NCBI RefSeq assembly: GCF_006345805.1
Contig: NC_042998.1
Coordinates: 202,120,001-202,184,000, forward strand
DNA from: Octopus sinensis
Lineage: Eukaryota
Direction: 5' to 3'
Length of the DNA: 64,000 nt
The position numbers were made by a program, and so were the translations under genes. Below are positions 12,285 to 24,800 of the stretch, piece by piece. The notes under the pieces were generated by a model. It did not search any database. It was given only the letters and a program-made list of their open reading frames with translations, and was not told the origin of the DNA. Positions within the stretch are counted from its first letter, which is position 1; every line of letters begins with the position of its first letter.

Positions 12285-12510
12285 AAATCACTTACAAGAT
12301 TTAAGATAAAACTGGATCTCTTCTTGTCAGGTGTCCCAGATGAACCAACTTCACGGCAGGAGGTGCAGATGAGGGCAGCTGCATCGAACTCTCTCATGCA
12401 CCAGGTGGCAATTGCTAAAAAGCATTCGTGAAGTAAAATCATGTAGCAACACCAAATGACGGTGCCCCAGCATGGCCACTGCTTGTGAGCTGAAACTAGA
12501 TAAAAAAATT
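12285..12510 (+). mobile_element. 3' end of LINE family L-A
   Basis: FKIKLDLFLSGVPDEPTSRQEVQMRAAASNSLMHQ, then gacggtgccccagcatggccac...ctgaaactagataaaa. Confidence 0.85.
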
Positions 12511-12814
12511 AAAAAAAATTAAAAAAATAGAATCAACAATAGCTCGAACTTCAAATTTAAGGCCAAAAATACATCGAAAGTAGAATCTAACCTGTTGCAA
12601 TACAAATTCGGACAACATGAAGAACGACATGGAATCACTAATATCTCTAATAAGTGCTAGGTTTCTTGGAAGATCAATAACGTAGCTGAGAACAACTGTA
12701 AGACCAGCGACACAACCACCACATTTATGGAAAGGAAAACAGCACTAGGTACAAATGCAATGACAACAATAAGACGACCACAAAAAACTACATCAAATAT
12801 ACAACAACTACTAA

Positions 12815-12819
<5 letters not shown>

Positions 12820-12870
<51 letters not shown>

Positions 12871-13110
12871 TACTACTACTATTACTACTGTTAATACTAC
12901 TACTACTACTGTTAATACTACTACTAATAGTATTACTACTACTACTATTACTACTATTACTACTACTACTATTGCTACTACTACTATTACTACTGTTAAT
13001 ACTACTACTACTAATATTATTACTACTACTACTACTACTACTACTACAACTACTACTACAACTACTACTACTACAACAACAACTACTACTACTACAACTA
13101 CTACTACTAT
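12820..13110. repeat. (TAC)n trinucleotide repeat
   Basis: Directly visible. Confidence 0.97.
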
Positions 13111-13421
13111 CAACAACAGCTGAAATTCAACCAAGAACATATATAATATTTCAAACTGAAACATTACACATATGACCAAGAAAGCCATCCAATATACCAA
13201 AGTCTCCCCTAAGAATAGCAATATCAGCAGTAAGACCAACAACAGCAACAGTAGAAGAATTTTAAAAAATTAAACAGCAAGAGTATGGTGAGGATGAACA
13301 AAAGCTAAACCACCAACTACAGCGATTCCGCCAACAACGTTAGGAGCGATAACACAAACAGCAAGAAGTATACGTCAAGAATATCAACAATACCTAGTCT
13401 TTACTTTTACGATGAAACATC

Positions 13422-13847
13422 AGGCGCAGGAGTGGCTGTGTGGTAAGTAGCTTGCTTACCAACCACATGGTTCCGGGTTCAGTCCCACTGCGTGGCACCT
13501 TGGGCAAGTGTCTTCTACTATAGCCACGGGCCGACCAAAGCCTTGTGGGTGGATTTGGTAGACGGAAACTGAAAGAAGCCCGTCGTATATATGTATATAT
13601 GTATATATGTATATATATATATATGCGAGTGTGTGTTTGTGTGTCTGTGTTTGTCCCCCTAGTATTGCTTGACAACCGATGCCGGTGTGTTTATGTCCCC
13701 GTCACCTAGCGGTTCGGCAAAAGAGACCGATAGAATGAGTACTGGGCTTACAAAGAATAAGTCCCGGGGTCGAGTTGCTCGATTGAAGGTGGTGCTCTAG
13801 CATGGCCGCAGTCAAATGACTGAAACAAGTAAAAGAGTAAAAGAGTA
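13422..13847 (+). mobile_element. SINE family A, full length
   Basis: tRNA-like head aggcgcaggagtggctgtgtggt...ggttcagtccc, gcaccttgggcaagtg core, internal (TA)/(TG) tract and aaaagagt tail. Multiple copies in the window. Confidence 0.92.
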
Positions 13848-14149
13848 TCAGCACTTTCACAACAGCTGAAAAACGAAGAAACAATAGTACATGAACAAGA
13901 ACAGAATCGACACTATCACCAACAACAAGAATACCACAAACAGTAGCAACAACTAGAACAACTATAACACGTATAGGTGTTGTCCATAATTGATTTTGAA
14001 TACTTATCGCAAAGTACCATGCATTCGTTAATGGTTTTAATGTGTCTATCTTTGTACTCCCCAGTAAGGCAGATACACGTCCGAAATTGACAGCGTTTAC
14101 TTCATTGAACACCCAAGTTATTAGAGGTGGTGTGGGAGAAACGTGGGAT

Positions 14150-14275
14150 GCTACCTGTAGTGGGCTAGTATTTATTTATTAACCTCTACAGAATTAAAGG
14201 CTTAGAATACCTCGGTCGGATTTGAAATCAGTACACAGAGATACGGAATAAATACAGCAAAGCATTATATCGAAG
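14150..14275 (-). mobile_element. Highly diverged SINE family B remnant
   Basis: cctcggtcggatttgaaatcagtac resembles gtcgacctcggcggaatttgaactcagaac of other B copies. Confidence 0.35.
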
Positions 14276-15599
14276 GCACTTGAGATTCTGCTAATCCACC
14301 ATCTTCAACACCGCAATCAACTCCATTAGCAATACCCTCACCATAAACGACAACAACAATAAAACCAACAAAAAGAAAGGGTCTGCTATGTATTTGATCG
14401 ACCTATAAGAAAAAGCAGCCACATCGTAGAACTCCACTTCTTTTAAGGACAATGGTGCAACCCTCAATAAAATCACTGCTACATATAATGTTAGATAGTT
14501 ACGGCAGGAACGCTTTTCACCATAGTTCTACACGGTTCTGAATGACTTATGGAAACGGAAAAGCAATATTCATGAATCCAATGACTCACTCGGTCTGCAA
14601 CATCGTTCTTTACAATGAGCTTCGAAAGGGATACACTAAGCAATCGAAGAACAATGTAGAAATAATAGCCAAATGCCCATCAAATCACACAGCAAGTTGG
14701 TTTCTTTGTTTTGCTTTCGAAAATAGCAGTTATTCATTATTGTAATCCCAGAGGCACTTTTTGAGAAGAAACAGCAAAGAGGCCAGGTCATCCGATCGAC
14801 AATATATAAAAGAAACTAATGAGAGATGTTTTACGCTGACGGTAGATAAGTCAAACTACGTAGCCTAAATTAAACGACATCCAAATGTGTTTTCTCTTTT
14901 TATAGACTCATTAGCGAGCATAGTTCTAAAAATACAAAAGAATTGCATGGTCTTATTTCAAATACGTTTCTTCTCATGTGACTGTTTGAATACGGTATTA
15001 TTAACTGTATTTAGAAACGAACCATCTTGTGATTTAAAAACACTACTTGGCTCTTAGCTGCATTTAGCAGAACAATGCTATTGCAACCAATGTGGATCAA
15101 TTTGTCAGTTCTCCACCCCACCTGCAAGTCTCGGAGACCATTTGAAGGATCACATGTACTACTGCTTCCTTTTAACTAAATGACAAATATATATAGCAAC
15201 AAGTGTAGTACATAACAATTAAACACATAAATAATAAGAAAATCTCCATAGACAGAAGCATAAATAGCAAGGGTGATGACAGTAGCAGATAAAAATATAC
15301 ACGACAGAAAGAGAGCGAAGAGAAAACGCAATAATAATTGTTAATTGTAAAAATGCGGAAGAAATCAATACTGGACAAATGTTGCCAAATACAACAACTA
15401 AAATAACAATTATAATGACATTTGATATGAGGAAAGTAATAACAATATTTACAATAACAAAATAACTACTGCAGTCAAACAAGCAAGTAAAACAACGATA
15501 AGAAAATAAAATGGCGGATGTAAATGTGTTGAGAGGTGGCGTGAGAGTGGGGGGGGGGCAGATTATGAAATGCTTTGTCCTGGGAGAAGAGGGGGAGAC

Positions 15600-15632
15600 G
15601 AATGAATGATTGAGAGAATAAAGAGAGAGAAG

Positions 15633-15665
<33 letters not shown>

Positions 15666-15864
15666 GGGGGGAGAAAGAGAATAGGTGATAATGAGAAAAA
15701 ATAGGGATATGTTTGTAAAGACAGAAAGAGGGTGACAGATTAGGGGAGCAAATGGTTGACAGTAAATACATAGAGAGGTAGAATGTTTGATTGATAGGGA
15801 AAGAAGCGGTAATGAGATGTATTATGAAGACGGCTAGATAAACAGGCAGCCTATGTATATATAT

Positions 15865-15959
<95 letters not shown>

Positions 15960-16127
15960 GTATGTATATATGTAGGTGTGTATGTATATATATATATGTA
16001 TAGGCGCATAGAGAGAAGGGTAGATAATATATAGTTAAATACACAATAGATAAGTAGATATATATTTATTTAGTTGTATATAAACGTATATGCGTGTAAA
16101 TGTATGTGTATGTATGCATTCATGTAC

Positions 16128-16163
<36 letters not shown>

Positions 16164-17022
16164 TTGCGCGTGTGCGTGTCTCTGTGTGTGTACACGCACG
16201 CGAGTGTGTATGTATATATGAAAGTGTATGTATGTAGGTGTGTATGTATGTATGCAAATGTGTATGTATGTAGGTGTGTATGTATGTATGTATGTAAAGC
16301 TACATACATCTACCTATTTATGAAAAGTGAGAGATATAGAGATACATATAGATCTAATATTAAGAGAAGTAGATTCGCTGATATCTATATCAATATCTAA
16401 CCAATGAGAGAGAAAGAAATGAAGAAAAAGACTATGTTTACATCTAAATGTCAATCTTTTGTTTCCATATCCTATTAATGACATGTCTTTATATTATATT
16501 TGCGTTTTATGTTTTCAAGTATAACAATTGAATAATTCAAACAAAAAAGAAAAAAGAAAAACAAACGAACGCTATAAAACAAAAGCTACTGCCCTCTACC
16601 GTCAAATATGACGAAGTTTTCCAACTGAATTGTAGCTTGAACAATAAAATATTTATAGAATAGTTACAATAATTGACGATAACAATTACATATACATATT
16701 ACAAACATGCACACATACACAACCGAATATGTGTGTGTGTTTGTGTGTGTGTGTGTGCTTGTGTGCGTGTGTGCCTACCTGTCAGTCGGTGTCTACATGT
16801 ATATAATCATATACAAATACATATATATATATATACATATAAATATAAACATATATATATCCATATACATATATGTATGCTTACATATACACACACAAAT
16901 ACAGACATATATATATATATATACATATATATATATGTATACATATACATTATATATGTATACATATACATATATATATATATATACATAAATACATATA
17001 CATATATATACATATACATATA

Positions 17023-17067
<45 letters not shown>

Positions 17068-17110
17068 ATCATCTACTGAATTTTGTTGCTAGATTAAAGT
17101 TGTATAAGTA

Positions 17111-17177
<67 letters not shown>

Positions 17178-17300
17178 ATATATACACACACACACACATA
17201 TATATACATATATATATATATATATACACGTATATATACGTTTTCGACTGTGTGTATGTGTGTATGTGTATGTGTGTGTGTGTATGTATTCGCGCAACCG
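15600..17300. repeat. Microsatellite field: (GA)n, (TA)n, (TATG)n, (TG)n
   Basis: Directly visible, with short unique spacers. Confidence 0.9.
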
Positions 17301-17908
17301 AACATTACTCGCGGCAGTGATAATATCTGTTTGTTTTCTTTTTAGCACTCTTTCTGTTTGGTAAATAAAAAGCAAAATACTGAATCATAAATATGTAGAC
17401 AAGTACAGACTTATACACAGAGAGAGAAACACAGATATTACAATCAAAAACAAACAAAAAGAAAACAGAGGCACAAATGCATACGCGCCTACCAAGACTC
17501 AAATACACGTATATAAGCACACACAAACATTTTCATGAAACCATGTACAATCATACATTGGGATATTAGAAATATTGTAATTTTGTCTATTGAAGCATGT
17601 AATCTCGAAAATATATCCTTTGTGAAAAATTGTCGACATTAACGTTGATGTGTATGGCAACAAATGCATCCACTCTCATTAAGGGTCAAAGGCAAATATA
17701 TGAAACAAAGCGTTGTTATTTAATCAGATACATCGTATATTAGTTATTTATGAAGAATATATATAGGTATATGTGTGTGCGTGTGAGTGTGCGTGCGTAT
17801 GTGTGTATTTATGTAAATGTTACGTTTGTCTGTAGGCATTACAAATATGCGCACTTCATGTACACACATGCAAAATTATGTATTTATATATATTATATAT
17901 TATATAAT

Positions 17909-17959
<51 letters not shown>

Positions 17960-18261
17960 CAACATTTGTGTGTGTGTATATACGCACACATATATTAGTT
18001 TGATAGAGAAACAGTGAAACGTGCATGGGTAGCGATGATATTTACAAAGTACAGCAAATAACCAAAGTAGACGGCAGCAATGACGGGTACAACAATTTCT
18101 ACATAAAAGAATGCGTCACCGTCCGAGCGTCTGCGAGTGGGTCACCTGCGCTGAAAGTTAACTATCTGGTGAAGCTATTTCAAATCATACCTCTATGTGT
18201 TAAACGAGAATACCTACAAGAGATAACGTTTTGTTAGTTACGTGATTTTTCAAACATATTA

Positions 18262-18640
18262 TTGCTCGGGTTTGTAAGGGAAATAACTATAAAGCATTTT
18301 TAGAGAGTTATAGCCAAAAAATAGCAAACAAATGCATTAAAAATGGGAAAAAAATTATGGTAATTTTTTTTTAAATCGTTGACTCATCGTAGACATCTTT
18401 AGAGAGTTACTTCCCTTATATAATAGCGAAAAAAATACATTAAAATGGAAAACAATTAATGGTAAATTATTTTTAAAATCGTAGACTCATCTTAGACGCG
18501 CGCTAATACCCAGAAGGGCTCGATATGAATCACGACTATAAGATACCCGGTTTTGGTTAAACTGCACCGCAAAATGTGGGAGTAGTTAGGAATCTAAATC
18601 GTAGGAGACAGACACACAACCTTACTTTTATATATAAAGA
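18262..18640 (-). mobile_element. Non-autonomous Helitron copy 1 (3' terminus clipped)
   Basis: Minus-strand start TCTTTATATATAAAAG. Body matches 42040-42423 with an internal ~120-bp duplicated unit. Stops within the 3' hairpin, no CTAG. Confidence 0.85.
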
Positions 18641-19146
18641 CTAGCAGTATCGCCCGGCGTTGCTCGGGTTTGTAAGGGAAATAACTATATAAGCATTTTT
18701 AGAGAGTTACTTCCCTTATAAATTCGGGCTTTCTTAGCCATTTTTGTTTTGGTGTCTTCAAGCCATGAAGTCGTTGTTCTAAAAGAACGCTGGTTTCCTT
18801 CACAACGCATTACGACGTTGATTTCTTTACACTCCCTTCCCCACAGCTTCACGAGGGAGGGACGGGGGAGAAGCAAACAGGTGCAGCTGTGAGCGTGGAC
18901 GCCAACTCCGCCGCCATCGACACACGATGCATTTTATGCATTAAAATGGAATAAAAAATGATGTTAAATTATTTTTAAAATCGTAGACTCATCGTTGACG
19001 CGCGCTAATAGTCAGACGGGCTCGATATGAATCACGACTATAAGATACCCGAATTTGGTTAAACTGCACCGCAAAATGTGGGAGGAGTTAGGAATCTAAA
19101 TTGAAGGGGACAGACACTCACACAACTAGAGTTTTATATATATAGA
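18641..19146 (-). mobile_element. Non-autonomous Helitron copy 2 with a ~215-bp extra internal segment
   Basis: 5'-TC start after A, cccgagcaacgccggg hairpin, 3'-CTAG. Unique insert at 18721-18935. Confidence 0.9.
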
Positions 19147-19194
19147 TATGTCCCACCAACTCAGCATCATTTTATTGAAGTATGCTCGCTATAT

Positions 19195-19318
19195 CTGATC
19201 CCTGTCAAATTACAGGTCACTGTCAACTCATATCGGCGTGATAGAAAGTGGAGAATCGGAACGAACATTCAAATGTTTTAATCCAACGTTTTAACGACTC
19301 TGTCAACCCACCGCCTTC
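19195..19318 (-). mobile_element. Diverged SINE family B remnant
   Basis: aacgactctgtcaacccaccgcctt resembles the reverse-complemented B head. Confidence 0.4.
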
Positions 19319-19369
19319 TATTAGTATAAAACATAAATTTGGACTTAACTTAAAATATGTTTCACCGAA

Positions 19370-20530
19370 AGATTGATCTAGGCAATGTCTAATGTAATAG
19401 CACCACCTGACAGCATCTGTTACGTCAGTTTTAAGTCAGTTTTTTGGTATCATTTTTTATCTGGAATCCCTTGAAGAAATTAGTCCAGGGTACGTTTGCA
19501 GGTGATGGGATCTTTTAATTTTTTTATTTATTTTGGGATAATGTTAGATAGAGCAAGGTCTCTTGAGGAACAGTAATTGTGTTGCAATGAATTTATGTGT
19601 TGTGAGCCTGAATTGTGTTGAGGGCGCATGCCCCTGGGACCCAGCGTTGGATGAATTTAAATCTGAAAATTATATTAAGGTCATTTGAGCAATGCTTCTT
19701 GTATATCTCGACTGTGTGGAAGTAATGTAGGACTCAATGCGGTACTGGAAACAATAAATATTCAGTGTTTTAAACTAATTCCAATAATCAAGATCAATCA
19801 TGCCTTTTATTCTTATAAAGTGATTTCTCTTGGAGTGACTCGATTCTCTTCATGCTTGGCCAGTGTGGGAAGACTACGGGAATACATCTTACTCTTTGAA
19901 TCAGAAGGTTCTGAGGACACAGATGCTCATCTTGCAAGCCATATTCACTTTATTTTTGAGGTGAGCATTCCAACCGAAATTGTTGTTAAGAATTACTCCT
20001 ATGTTCCTGGTATTATTAGACGCTTTGTGTGGTTTCCTAGACAGAAGAGAATATGGTTGTTTGATTGCCTTTTGTTTCTGATTAACCACTTAATTTTTTT
20101 CTCTGCCTAGTGGCTTACAGCATGTAGATAGGACTGGTGATCAGTTCGGTATTTTTCTCCGTTGATAAGTTTCTAGGCCTTGGAGTCATGTACGAATATT
20201 TTGTTTTTACTCTGTTTGATGACGCTTGAATTATAATTTATAGATTAAAAAGAGAAACAAGTCCAAAACAGTCCTCGTTAAGATATCACTGGTGGCCTTT
20301 GCTGGGGTTGAGCAGATTCCACCTATCACAAAAGTAATCTGTTCACCAAGGAATCCTTAATCCAGTGCTGCAGTTTACCACAGATCCTAATACATTGTAC
20401 ACCTATTGATACTTTGTTGATTGTATAAAAACATTTCTGTTAATATATCTATAAACTCATATCTTCTGACTTTCTAACTTGTTATATCAAGAAACCTTCA
20501 TAAGAGACCAGAAAGCTAATGGCAGAAAGT
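19370..20530 (-). mobile_element. Decayed RT/C-terminal fragment of a CR1/L2-group LINE (L-A-like)
   Basis: Minus frames give GICGKLQHWIK, TVLDLFLFLI, NIGVILNNNFGWNAHLKNKVNMACKMSICVLRTF and KRTLD*FLQGIPDK in the expected order. Confidence 0.75.
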
Positions 20531-21641
20531 AGACCAAAGATGTAGCGATACAACTCGAGTGAATTATTCATAATAATAATCATAATGGATTATCAATGTC
20601 TCGTGTCTGGGACTAAGAAGAGTATGAATCTGTTCCAAAATGTGACACAGTTACTTGTTTGCCTATATGGCAAATAACACGCACATAACTCCATATTTTC
20701 AATTATGCTCATGATCTCATCATGAGGAGCTTAAGGTCGAATAAAAGTCAATCGATCCAACAGGCGAGGCTTCATATTATTTAGAAGCGTCCACTGTAAA
20801 ACAGTTCCACGGAAAACTCAAAACGACGTGATTCTTTCCTGATGACACATGAAAGCTACTGACCGCCGGCATCCGGAGATTTACTATGAAAAGCATCTGC
20901 ACGGGCAAATTGTTTCATGTCTGTGAAGGATGCTTACTGAATTCATAGTAGTTAGAAAAGTTAAAAGGAAAGCTAGTGCAAACAGCATGTCACTCCTGTA
21001 TTCATTTAATAAATCACCAACTTTAATCTAGCAACAAAATTCAGTAGATGATTATTTGAATTTTTAAATGTAAATCAAATAAAAATTATGAATTTAAGCA
21101 TGAATGCCATAAGTTCTATTTTGGTGCCGGGTTGTAGTTGACAACGTAGCAAAATCGAAATAGTTGTACTCAGACGAATCAAAGACAGTTTAAAGTGTAT
21201 GAAGGATAAGTGAGTTATAAGCACCAAAGAGTGCAAACATTTATTTAGAGATAATTTTTATTATATTAATGAGAAAAAATCTTTATAATTCAACATCAAA
21301 AAATCTTTGTAGAGTTGGAACAAATGAATTCAAATGAAACAACTCATTCATCGGTTGTTCAGAGAAAATTTCTTAGACGTAACCCAAGTGCAATGTGAGA
21401 GCTTCAAAGTCTATTTTATCTCAAAACCAAAATGTATGAAGTGTTTGTGACACTTAGAACTATGAAGAGTATAAAAGGATTTGCAGCAAAGAAAACAACC
21501 ATAATTTCCCGTGATGTTGAACTGAGTAGGATCTGAAATGCAGCAGCAGGTTAAACATAGGAAAAGAAAGTTGAGCAACCTTGAAAGAAATTATATAGTT
21601 GGGTAATCAAAGCTATTAAAAGTGCATATATGATAATTATA

Positions 21642-21848
21642 TGAGTAATTTTCTCATATAAGAATTGGTTTCAAATTCTGTACCAAAGCCAGCAGTTCTT
21701 GAGGGATTACGTCAATGGCATCAACCTCAGAGCTAAACTGGTTCTTAGTTTATCGATTCCGGCGAAATTTGAGCACAGAACGTAAAAACTGGTGAAATGC
21801 TGCTAATCGTATGCACCGAGTTGCAAATTTTCTGCCACCTCACCGTCT
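21642..21848 (-). mobile_element. SINE family B (tail type 1), diverged, internally deleted
   Basis: ttggtttcaaatt..tgtaccaaagccagca tail and aaatttgagcacagaacgta body. Confidence 0.7.
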
Positions 21849-24800
21849 TTTTCTCACATAAGGGTTACAAAACAATTTCACAAGCATCACCAATGAATAC
21901 AAAGAAATATCTTAATTTCTTGTGATGAACATAAAACCGTACTATAGGCATCGAAACGTGAGATGAAAGACACGTGTGTCCAATTTCACCAAACTTAGCA
22001 TAAATAACAGGTGATTACATAAAAAGAGTTTTACTTTCGTAACTGTGTCATGTTTTCGATGTTATTATACAATTAACTCAGCATTTTGTAAAGCAAGTTC
22101 CTGAAAAATTTAATTTCATATGAACATATCTGGCATTTTTGGAAGTTAGCCAATAAAGCTCGAAATAGCTAACAAATTACCACTGCTATTCCGCTACTCT
22201 TAAGTATGAAGACTTGCAATGGAAATGATGCATTTACTTTCAACACAAAGAGAGGAGTTAGAAAAATCAAAAACAATGACTGTTGAAGTTGACTGCATAT
22301 TTGTATTAGTTTCAAAATGTTTTTGAAAAACAAGAAAAAAAATGTCGATTTAATAAGATTGGGTTGGGCATAAATTATTGCAGAGAAATTGATTTTGATA
22401 ATTTTGTTCACAATTTAGATAAAAACATGCCAGAAAAATTCATTTCATTGGGTGATTAGGCTTATCGTTGTTTTCTAGGCTCATTTATTTATCTTGTCAA
22501 TGTAGTGCATGAGAAAGAAAATATTTTCGGAAGTTTATTAGAGTTATTATTTTGAGTAAGAATCAATTCAATTGATTTTCGAGCGAGACTATGCATTGGG
22601 AGATTTATATAAAAAATAACTATACGTGTTTACCTATTTTTGTAAGTAAAACCCTTACGAATCTAATGTTGAGAACGATATTATTTTAATTATTATTGAC
22701 TGAAACATTAGTAATACTGAAAGCTAATCTGTATATGTAGCTAAACATTGATGCTACATTGGAAATGCTGCGCCATTAGACTTGAGATTTCCTCTCATAT
22801 AGACAATTGGTATATAAAAAGCACACTTATATATCGTAGCAGACGAAATTTGTCTGCGAGGATGCTAGATTTCCTTTATTACGTAATTTCCTTCTATTTG
22901 AAGTTATCAGAAGGAAACACCAGATCAAGTTACCGCATGCCAGTCAAATCTCGCTGCCACGATATATAGAATGTCACCATCTTTCCAGACGCTGATGTCA
23001 CAAATAGCCAGTAGGCTTATCAAAAAGCAATTATTATAGCGACGGAAACAGTATTTATACAAAAATGTAATATTTGTATCCAACGAAGCAAGGATGCCTT
23101 GTTAGAACACCGATCGCTTTGCGCTGATGACTTCAAATTCAGCGAATTGGAAGTGATAAGGGAATTCCAGTAAACTTGACAAAAGAATATAGTCTACTAC
23201 GTCGTATATGTTTGCTTTGTATGCAACTGCCTATATGAGAGAACCTCTCAAGGCTAATAATGCAGTATTAGGTATGCATAACAAAGCATACATGTTCTGT
23301 TGGATATAAAGATTACGTTTTGATAACAAAATCCGTGATTATAAGAAGCCATATCCAATGTATTTCAGTGTTATTTTGTAGCATGAGTCATGTTACACAT
23401 TATTGTCATCCACGTTTAGGTTTAGAATTTGTCATAAATGTAAAAGATAATCCCATAGTTCTGAGAGAGTAGCTTTTAAAATATGCCTTCCTTTTTCCTA
23501 TTTGTATCATTTGTGCATCATTTACGCATTTAAAATATACGTTGAAATTATATTCCCTTATGTTGTGATAAGTAAAAAATTGCCGTTCATTTTGGAGTAA
23601 AGAAAATATAATCAACGCTGTTGTTTCTCTTCAACGTAAGAGTTTCATAATCCGAATTCAAGTAATAATACAGGTAGGAATCGGGTGAAATATTTAATGC
23701 AAACATATTTTATAACAAACATAAAGTGTACAGAGAAAACTGCATTTGCTAATAAACCGGCTTGCGAATGAACTAATACATATATCTTCGATGTTATCTC
23801 TTGATTAGCCTCATTCAGCAACCATTTACACACTTGAAGTAGCTTAAGAAATATTAAAAAAAAGCATATAATGCAGTCCTTCAAATACAGTACATAACAA
23901 AGAGATGGGATTGTCATGGCTGAAATATTATTGCTGATAAATTCAATCATGTTGCCTTCATCTGGGCCTACAAAAATATCTTATAATGCAGGGAATTTTC
24001 CAACCTGAAGCGATATGGCAGTCTGGCAATGTGGAAGCAATGTGGCAACTAGTTTTCATCGCTGAGAATATGCCATACCATAAACGACAACAGTATTACT
24101 AGCACTGACAGAACTATTCCCACTTCAACTATTAAGACTCTTCCGAGTCTTATGGGATTATTGCTTGTCCATGAAACATGGCCATAATTAAATGGAAAAC
24201 AAATGGGAGAATCCATAGTCGTTTATATCATTGAATGGTATCTCACATTATAACTTCATACTAGAACAGTTAACAAGGGAACTCTATGAGGCCATGCAAT
24301 CAGTTAGAAATAACAGTCAAATTCCCTTTGACGTAACGGCCTTCCATCTTAGAATGAATTAAGTATTGCAAAATGTTGTTGCTTGTGCACGATGCTTAGG
24401 AGCCATGGCTTTATTGATAAGGCTGATTGAACAGAGACGATCTGAACCTGGAGAAGAAGGTAAAAATCAACAGCAATGATCAGGGTTATACCTCGACTGA
24501 AGAGATAAGAGTATTTCATTTTTTAGTTTTGCACTTCAAGAAGAATAGCGCCATTGTTTATATGTTGACGAGTGGCCAAACCCTTATTTATTGCATTTTT
24601 GATGAGTGGGTGTTCGTTAATATTTGAAGACATGAGTAATTTTCGTAGATGAATTTCACAAAATGCTTTCACAAGCATCGTGAATAAAACCAAACTCATT
24701 GTATAAACGAAAAGCAATAGAAAAAGTATATTTGACATAAATCTCTCTAACATACATCCTTTACGTCGTTCCATTTCTATTACTGTTTACAGAAGCAAAA

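Noticed and set aside
15530-15720. G-runs and GA-rich tract as a G-quadruplex or regulatory element
   Set aside because: Indistinguishable from the surrounding simple-repeat decay.
20864-20920. 57-nt symmetric minus-strand exon candidate (DMKQFARADAFHSKSPDAG)
   Set aside because: Weak polypyrimidine tract and a non-consensus GTCAGT donor; such matches arise by chance.
21400-21580. Strong-looking minus-strand acceptor followed by DPTQFNITGNY...
   Set aside because: No good donor and all frames close soon.
23645-23950. 101-aa hydrophobic ORF suggesting a membrane protein
   Set aside because: Hydrophobicity is expected from T-rich antisense DNA; no family motif or splice support.
24636-24680. 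Walker-B-like VIFVDEFHKM
   Set aside because: Flanked by stops with no Walker A nearby; likely chance.
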